A DNA stretch of 64,000 bases from Candidatus Hydrogenedentota bacterium. GTDB taxonomy: Bacteria; Hydrogenedentota; Hydrogenedentia; Hydrogenedentales; SLHB01. Made by a program: the position numbers and the translations under genes. This document shows positions 58,555 through 64,000 of the stretch, piece by piece (within the stretch, counting starts at the first letter, position 1; each line of letters opens with the position of its first letter). The stretch is from assembly GCA_045863335.1 (NCBI GenBank), contig BTVY01000024.1, forward strand, positions 1-64,000, given 5' to 3'. Under the pieces are notes generated by a model. It had not been told where the DNA came from, did not search any database, and worked only from the letters and a program-made list of their open reading frames with translations.

Positions 58555-61500
58555 CTATCGTGTCGGGCTGCCGGATTCTCCGGCGAGGGTTTCGAGATCG
58601 AGGCCGGGATCGATGGCGATGCCCGGTTGCAGTTGGATTTCCCGTTCGACGCGGTAACTTGCCTGTTCCCGCACTCCCCATGAAATGCTGAGCGTCGCAG
58701 ATCCGGCCGGCAGGTTGGGGATGTCGACGCGTTGGTGCGAGTTCGTCCCATTTTCTGAAATGAAAAAATACCGTTGCTTACCATACGCGCGAGGGATCTC
58801 CAGGTCGACGTTGAAGAAGTCCGCGTATCCGACAATCGCACCGGATACAGACGCAGTGCCCGTCTCGAACGGGATGTCAATATGGAGGCTCTCCCCTTCC
58901 CTTAACTCCAGATCGGTTGCGACGCTAATCAGGAGCGGCAATGCTTGCCCCGACGGCGATCCCGAGACTGAGTAGACTCCGGGTGCAAGCCCGCGGAACC
59001 GGCATACACCATCCTGCCCTGTCACTTGATGGTTTCGTTGCGCTTGTTTTTCCTCCCCATCGCGAGTTAAAGAAACCGATGCACCGGTGGCGGGAACGCC
59101 ATCCACGAGGAATGCGCATTCGAGTTGGACCGAATCCGCGATTCGAATACCCATGGGTTGTCCGGCACGATGCGCGGGATCAACGGTTACTTCGGTTTCG
59201 GGATAGTCAGGGTGGTACACGATCAGCGTGTCGCCGAGTAATTTGCTTGCGGGAAGGATGAAGCTGCCGTCGGAACCGGTGCGGGCGGATGCAAAATCGT
59301 CCGCATCCGAGACCTGGACCTTGCCGGAGAAGATCAACGCGCCGCTGACCCGCGCCCCTTCACTGTCTACCACGCTTCCTTTGAGATCCCCCTGCGGCTC
59401 GAGCCGGATCTCGATTCCCGTAAGCGGCTCCTGTCCGAGCGCGAGCTGCACGTCGGTAAACCCCAGCAGGTATCCTTTGGCACGGGCGGCGATGCGCACC
59501 TCGCCCGTCTGTACGACGGACAGATCGAAGGCGCCATCGGGGTTGCGCACGGGCTCGTACCGCTGGTCGTGAATGATGAGCCCGGGATCGTAACAGTCTT
59601 TAATCTCAAAGTTGGCAATGGGCGCGTCGGACTTTGCATCGACGACCCGGCCCGAAACTGAAATCGGGTCATGAAGAACGAGCCGGACGGTGCTTTCGCC
59701 GGTCTTGGCCTCGACGGCTTCGCCGAAGATGTGCCGGCCCCAGTCAAAGGCGGTGAGCCGGTGCGTGCCGGCAGGCAGTCCCTCCAGAACGAACATGCCC
59801 GCTCCGTTCGCGCGGGTACGCGCATCGGAACCGTCGGGGCTCGAGCTACGGACTTCGGCGGTCAAAGGGTTCCCCCGGTCGTCGACGACGACGCCCGCGA
59901 TGTACCCGGTACCGACGCTGCATTCGAGAATGACATCTTCCACCAACTCGCCCGCCGTTAGTGTGAATTGCGGACAGGGACTGTTGACGATCTCTACGTC
60001 ACGGCATACGCGCAGGCTGGACGTGCCTGGCGGCATGCCTTTCAGTTCGAACGCTCCGTTCGCGTCGCTGACCGCCTCGATCTCCCGGCCTGAAACGTGG
60101 GAGGCGAATTGGGGCAGGACACGAAGCCCTTCAACCGGGGCGCCAGCAAGATCCACAACGACGCCGCGGATGATGGCTTCGGGCCAGAGCGTAATCTCGG
60201 GTGCCGTGTCCGCCGGCTGCGGCAAGGCGAAGGGACCGTATGACTCGCTCACGGCGTCGTCAATCTCAGCCCACAGGTTTAGACTCACCGTCTCAGGGAA
60301 ACCCGACACCATGAAGCTGCCGTCGGCGGCGGTCATCGCGGTGTTGGTGAGCCAGAAGTTGTTGATCTCGGTGTGACCAGTCACCGTCGCTCCCGCGACA
60401 GGCGAACCGTCCGGATCGACGACGCGGCCGGTGATTGCGAGACCTCTTTCGAGCGCGAAATCGATTCCGTCATAGTGCCGCCCCGGGGTCAGATTCAGGG
60501 TCCGGAGGTAAGGAGATGGCAAGCCCTCGTGGCGTTCACGGGCGAGGTAGTATCCGTTGGCGTTGCGACAAAGCATGGAGAACTCGCCGGCTTCGACCGA
60601 TTCGAAGACGTACCTCCCTTGCGGATCCGACATGGCTTTGTATCTTTGCTCGCCGACGCGGCTCGATATCTCCGCGCTGGGGACCGGGTCGCCGGTTGCC
60701 TTGTCGTAGACTCGTCCGGACACGGTCGCGGTTGTACCACTGCTTGGAGTCGCAAGGGCGGCACTAACCGCCTCGACAAGTTCTTGTGGCGAACGGCCGG
60801 TTCTTTGGTCTTCGAATTCCGTTGACTCGTTTGCGGCGAGTACTTCCACGTTTGGAACCGCGCCAGCGGTGGGCCGTGGGGTTGAATACAGTTTGGAGAA
60901 TGCGATCACGCCCGCCACAACGGCAAGTAGCGACACCAAACCGACCGCTGCCTTCGGGAACGTGCTGACTCCGGCGACCACGCCCGCCTTTCCCACCACC
61001 GGCCCGGAGAGGGCGATGCGGCCCAGCTTTTCGGTGAGCGACACGGGGAGCACGGCGGCCTCTGCGAGGCGGGTTCCGAGGGTTCCGGCGAGAACCGAAA
61101 CTGTGGACACGGCGACGCCCTTGCGCTGGAGTTTCGTGCGCATCTGGCCGAGGGCGCGGTTGATGCGTTGTGTGATCGCGGCGCGCGAGACGGATTCGCG
61201 TTGCGCGATTTGCTCGTGGGTGAGGCCTTCAAGGAAGTGGGCCACGACGGCGCGACGGAGCTTGTCGGGGAGTTGGTCGATGGCGTCATCGACCAAGGGA
61301 TAGATGTCGTCCCACGACAGTTCGGCCGCCGATGGCAGGGCGTCTTGATATGCGGTTTCCCGCCGTTTGCGGGCGGCGTCGCTGCGCACCCGGTCCAGGG
61401 CGCGATTGACGGCCATACGGTGGAGCCAGGGCCCGAGATACCCGCGCGGCGCTTTGCTTGTCCGGGCGAGTTTCTCGAAGCAGTCCTGCGCGACGTCCTC

Positions 61501-61632
61501 CGCATCGGCGGGGTTTCCCAGGATGCGGAGTGCCGTCGCGTACACCATGCGGCCATACCGTTGGATGATCGTTCGGAAGGCTTCGGCGTCGCCGCGCCGG
61601 TGCCATCGAATCATGAGAGCTTCGTCGTGCAT
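58555..61632 (-). CDS. ECF sigma-70 factor fused to a TM helix and carboxypeptidase-regulatory-like repeats
   Basis: Sigma2 DAEDVAQDCF...WLHRMAVNRALD; sigma4 LPDKLR...GLTHEQIA...; TM AAVGLVSLLAVVAGVIAF; repeated xGRVVD..G.PV.GA beta-sandwich units. Confidence 0.9.
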   Translation of the reverse strand: MHDEALMIRWHRRGDAEAFRTIIQRYGRMVYATALRILGNPADAEDVAQDCFEKLARTSKAPRGYLGPWLHRMAVNRALDRVRSDAARKRRETAYQDALPSAAELSWDDIYPLVDDAIDQLPDKLRRAVVAHFLEGLTHEQIAQRESVSRAAITQRINRALGQMRTKLQRKGVAVSTVSVLAGTLGTRLAEAAVLPVSLTEKLGRIALSGPVVGKAGVVAGVSTFPKAAVGLVSLLAVVAGVIAFSKLYSTPRPTAGAVPNVEVLAANESTEFEDQRTGRSPQELVEAVSAALATPSSGTTATVSGRVYDKATGDPVPSAEISSRVGEQRYKAMSDPQGRYVFESVEAGEFSMLCRNANGYYLARERHEGLPSPYLRTLNLTPGRHYDGIDFALERGLAITGRVVDPDGSPVAGATVTGHTEINNFWLTNTAMTAADGSFMVSGFPETVSLNLWAEIDDAVSESYGPFALPQPADTAPEITLWPEAIIRGVVVDLAGAPVEGLRVLPQFASHVSGREIEAVSDANGAFELKGMPPGTSSLRVCRDVEIVNSPCPQFTLTAGELVEDVILECSVGTGYIAGVVVDDRGNPLTAEVRSSSPDGSDARTRANGAGMFVLEGLPAGTHRLTAFDWGRHIFGEAVEAKTGESTVRLVLHDPISVSGRVVDAKSDAPIANFEIKDCYDPGLIIHDQRYEPVRNPDGAFDLSVVQTGEVRIAARAKGYLLGFTDVQLALGQEPLTGIEIRLEPQGDLKGSVVDSEGARVSGALIFSGKVQVSDADDFASARTGSDGSFILPASKLLGDTLIVYHPDYPETEVTVDPAHRAGQPMGIRIADSVQLECAFLVDGVPATGASVSLTRDGEEKQAQRNHQVTGQDGVCRFRGLAPGVYSVSGSPSGQALPLLISVATDLELREGESLHIDIPFETGTASVSGAIVGYADFFNVDLEIPRAYGKQRYFFISENGTNSHQRVDIPNLPAGSATLSISWGVREQASYRVEREIQLQPGIAIDPGLDLETLAGESGSPTR

Positions 61633-61733
61633 GGTCGCGCCTTTCCGGTATCAGCTTACCCTATCGCGGGGTGTTGTGTGACTTCGTAGCTATAACGTTT
61701 CCGGTAGGCGGATGGTAAGAAAGCGTTTTGAGG

Positions 61734-61928
61734 GACGGGCTGGAAGCCCGTGTTGGGGAGGGTGCGCGACCGGTAAACCGATAGATTGAGGTGACCGAGA
61801 AGTTCGCAATTTCCGGACACGGGCTGGAAGCCCGTGGCACCTCGGGGAACCCGCCAGTTGCTTATTGAGATCAGGTGCTGGAGTAATTCTGAGGTTCCGG
61901 GCACGGGCTGGAAGCCCGTGGCACCTCG
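61734..61928. repeat. three ACGGGCTGGAAGCCCGT palindromes at an 84-bp period
   Basis: Units begin at 61734, 61818 and 61902. A related palindrome CACGGGCGGGACGCCCGTG is at ~23362. Confidence 0.85.
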
Positions 61929-62034
61929 AACGCACCTCGTTGCGAGCCGGTAGTTGCATTGGTAATGGGGCGCGTTCATACTTTTTGCGGCTGTAGTTTT
62001 GTTCGTTTTTCGTTTCCTCACGGAGGCAATCTTC

Positions 62035-64000
62035 ATGAAACGTTTCAATTGCACGGGTCTCATCGTACTGGTCCTATTCGTTATATATGTCCCATCCGCT
62101 CTGGCGGAGAAGCTCTTCGACTTCCACGAGTCCACGCTGGACAACGGTATGCGCGTGGTGACGCTGGAGGATTTCTCGACCCCTATCGTCGCGGTGCAGG
62201 TGTGGTACGACGTAGGGTCGAAGGATGAGGATCCGGAGCGGCAGGGCTTTGCGCACATGTTCGAACACATGATGTTCGCGGGGACGGAGCGTATCGGCTC
62301 GGAGCAGCATGGCGCGCTGTTGCGGGAGATTGGCGGCGACTGCAACGCCTTCACCAGTTTCGATTTCACGGCCTATGTGAACACAGTGCCCGCGAATCAA
62401 CTGGAACTGGTGTTGTGGCTGGAAGCGGAACGCCTCATGTATCTGGACGTGTCACAAGAGTCCTTCGACACGGAGCGGCAGGTGGTCGAGGAAGAACGGC
62501 GGATGGGAATCAACCGGCCCTACGGCACCATCGCGGAGCAGGTGTTGCCGACGATCTTCACGGAGCATCCCTACCGATGGATGCCCATCGGCAACATCCC
62601 CGATCTGCGCGCGGCGCACCTGAGCGAGTTGCAGCGATTCTGGGACCGGTTTTACCTGCCGTCCAACGCCACGCTGGTTATCGTCGGCGCGGTGAAGCAC
62701 AAGGACGCGCAGGAACTGGCGAAGAAGTACTTCGGCTGGATGCCGGGCGGCGATGTTCAGGATCGCGGCGATGCGAAAGAGCCGCCGCAGAACGAATCGC
62801 GGTCGGTTGCATTGGAAGAGCCCTTTGGGCCCGTCCCGCTGGCGGGGTATATCTACCGCGGGGTGCCCGAGAGTCACGAGGATGCGATTCCGCTGCAGCT
62901 CCTCATGATGGTGCTTGGGGAGGGCGAGAGCAGCCGCCTGTACACGGACTTGGTTAGAGACCGAAAGCTGTGTGTGCAGGTCATGGCGGACGCGTATCTC
63001 ATGGACGATGACGGCGTGTTTGGCGCGGGTGCCGCGCTGAATCCCATGGCTGATATGGATAAGGCCCTTGAAGCAATCGACACGCATCTCCAGGCCGTCA
63101 TCGATACGCCGGTTGACGAGCGCGAACTGACCAAGGCAAAGAACCAGATGTTGCGGACGGCTGTGACGGATGCGTTGACTGTCGAAAGCAAGGCGCAGGA
63201 GACGGGCTATGCGTCGGTCATCTACAGCGATCCGGAGTGGTTGAACAAGAAGCTGGACAAGATTGGGGCGGTTACGCTGGACGATCTCCAGCGCGTCGCG
63301 AAGACGTACATCACGCCGGAGCGACGGACTGTCCTTCGTGTGACACCGAATCCGGAGAAGAAGATCGACGAAGATGAAACGGCTCCGGTCGCGCCGCCGG
63401 AGACGGAGAAGGTAGAGCGAAAAGGCCCGAAAGTGGGCATGGAACATCCGGAGTGGTTCCCAATGAAGCCTCCGGTGGCGTCGATGATTGACGAGTTGCC
63501 TGAGATCGCGAAGGCGAGCCGCACGTTGGAAAACGGGCTCAAGGTGGTGGTCGTTCCCAATCACGAGGTGCCGTTCGTGACGGTTACGCTGGGTTCCACT
63601 TACGGCGCGTGGGCGGAGGATCCGGCGACACCGGGCGTCGCCGCGATGACCTATAGCATGCTGACACAGGGCACGGAGAATTACACGGCCGCGGAGTTGG
63701 CGGAGACTATCGAGTTTAATGCCATCACGCTTAGCGGCGTGGCGTCTCTCGACGAAGCGCAAGTCAGCGCGACGGGTCTGACGGACAAGCTACCCTTGGC
63801 GGTGGAACTGCTGGCCGAGGTGGTACGCCGCCCCACGTTTCCCGGAGACCAACTGGATCTCAAGAAGGAACAACTGGCGCTGGGAAAGTCGGTCGATGAA
63901 GAGGACGCCCAGTACATTGCATCGCGCGGGTTGCGCCAGGCCATCTTCGGTGAGCACCCCTATTCGCGCGCGCCGGAGGGCGAGCTTGCCGACGTGCCGA
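62035..64000 (+). CDS. M16 family (pitrilysin/insulinase) zinc peptidase, exported; 3' end outside window
   Basis: MKRFNCTGLIVLVLF signal, LDNGMRVV, GFAHMFEHMMF (HxxEH), NAFTS.D, second half LENGLKVVV. GGAGG SD. Absent from the ORF track because it has no stop in the window. Confidence 0.93.
   Translation, partial: MKRFNCTGLIVLVLFVIYVPSALAEKLFDFHESTLDNGMRVVTLEDFSTPIVAVQVWYDVGSKDEDPERQGFAHMFEHMMFAGTERIGSEQHGALLREIGGDCNAFTSFDFTAYVNTVPANQLELVLWLEAERLMYLDVSQESFDTERQVVEEERRMGINRPYGTIAEQVLPTIFTEHPYRWMPIGNIPDLRAAHLSELQRFWDRFYLPSNATLVIVGAVKHKDAQELAKKYFGWMPGGDVQDRGDAKEPPQNESRSVALEEPFGPVPLAGYIYRGVPESHEDAIPLQLLMMVLGEGESSRLYTDLVRDRKLCVQVMADAYLMDDDGVFGAGAALNPMADMDKALEAIDTHLQAVIDTPVDERELTKAKNQMLRTAVTDALTVESKAQETGYASVIYSDPEWLNKKLDKIGAVTLDDLQRVAKTYITPERRTVLRVTPNPEKKIDEDETAPVAPPETEKVERKGPKVGMEHPEWFPMKPPVASMIDELPEIAKASRTLENGLKVVVVPNHEVPFVTVTLGSTYGAWAEDPATPGVAAMTYSMLTQGTENYTAAELAETIEFNAITLSGVASLDEAQVSATGLTDKLPLAVELLAEVVRRPTFPGDQLDLKKEQLALGKSVDEEDAQYIASRGLRQAIFGEHPYSRAPEGELADVP

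Noticed and set aside
61734-61928. Possible mini CRISPR array
   Set aside because: Only three units. The linkers (~57-65 bp) are too long and resemble each other, there are no cas genes, and a related palindrome occurs singly at ~23362.

Overview
GC-rich bacterial chromosome segment, annotated by reading the sequence only (no database searches were run). The gene content suggests Candidatus Hydrogenedentes or a PVC-like lineage, which is a low-confidence inference. In order, the window holds: the 5' end of tuf with its Thr-Tyr-Gly-Thr tRNA operon, and a divergent tyrS; two secreted phosphoesterases; uridine kinase; a Zn-ribbon/Ser-Thr kinase/TPR/double-WD40 protein; a GT4 glycosyltransferase and an AlkD-like gene; a SlyD-like PPIase; two unannotated paralogous ~28-aa membrane peptides; two Gfo/Idh/MocA oxidoreductases; an acyl-CoA dehydrogenase; an MNT-HEPN toxin-antitoxin pair; a sialate O-acetylesterase; a PPIase plus three HupE/UreJ genes; a redoxin-cytochrome c-copper monooxygenase fusion; a complete alternative complex III (actA-G)-SCO-caa3 oxidase operon; an XRE regulator fused to a degenerate nucleotide-cyclase domain directly upstream of ahcY; an AT-richer island carrying an orphan three-gene MotA/ExbB + ExbD-like motor module, a nested MITE with a 7-bp target duplication, and an acidic protein + NERD nuclease pair; a PAP2 phosphatase; an orphan antitoxin with a truncated PIN toxin; an alpha/beta hydrolase; a URO-D-like protein; sufBCDSU-nadA; a membrane-anchored ECF sigma fusion; and a partial M16 peptidase. 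Intergenic regions carry at least six families of palindromic REP/MITE-like repeats. The best candidates for undescribed biology are the XRE-pseudocyclase/ahcY unit, the orphan proton-channel motor module, the paired small peptides and the redoxin-heme-Cu monooxygenase.
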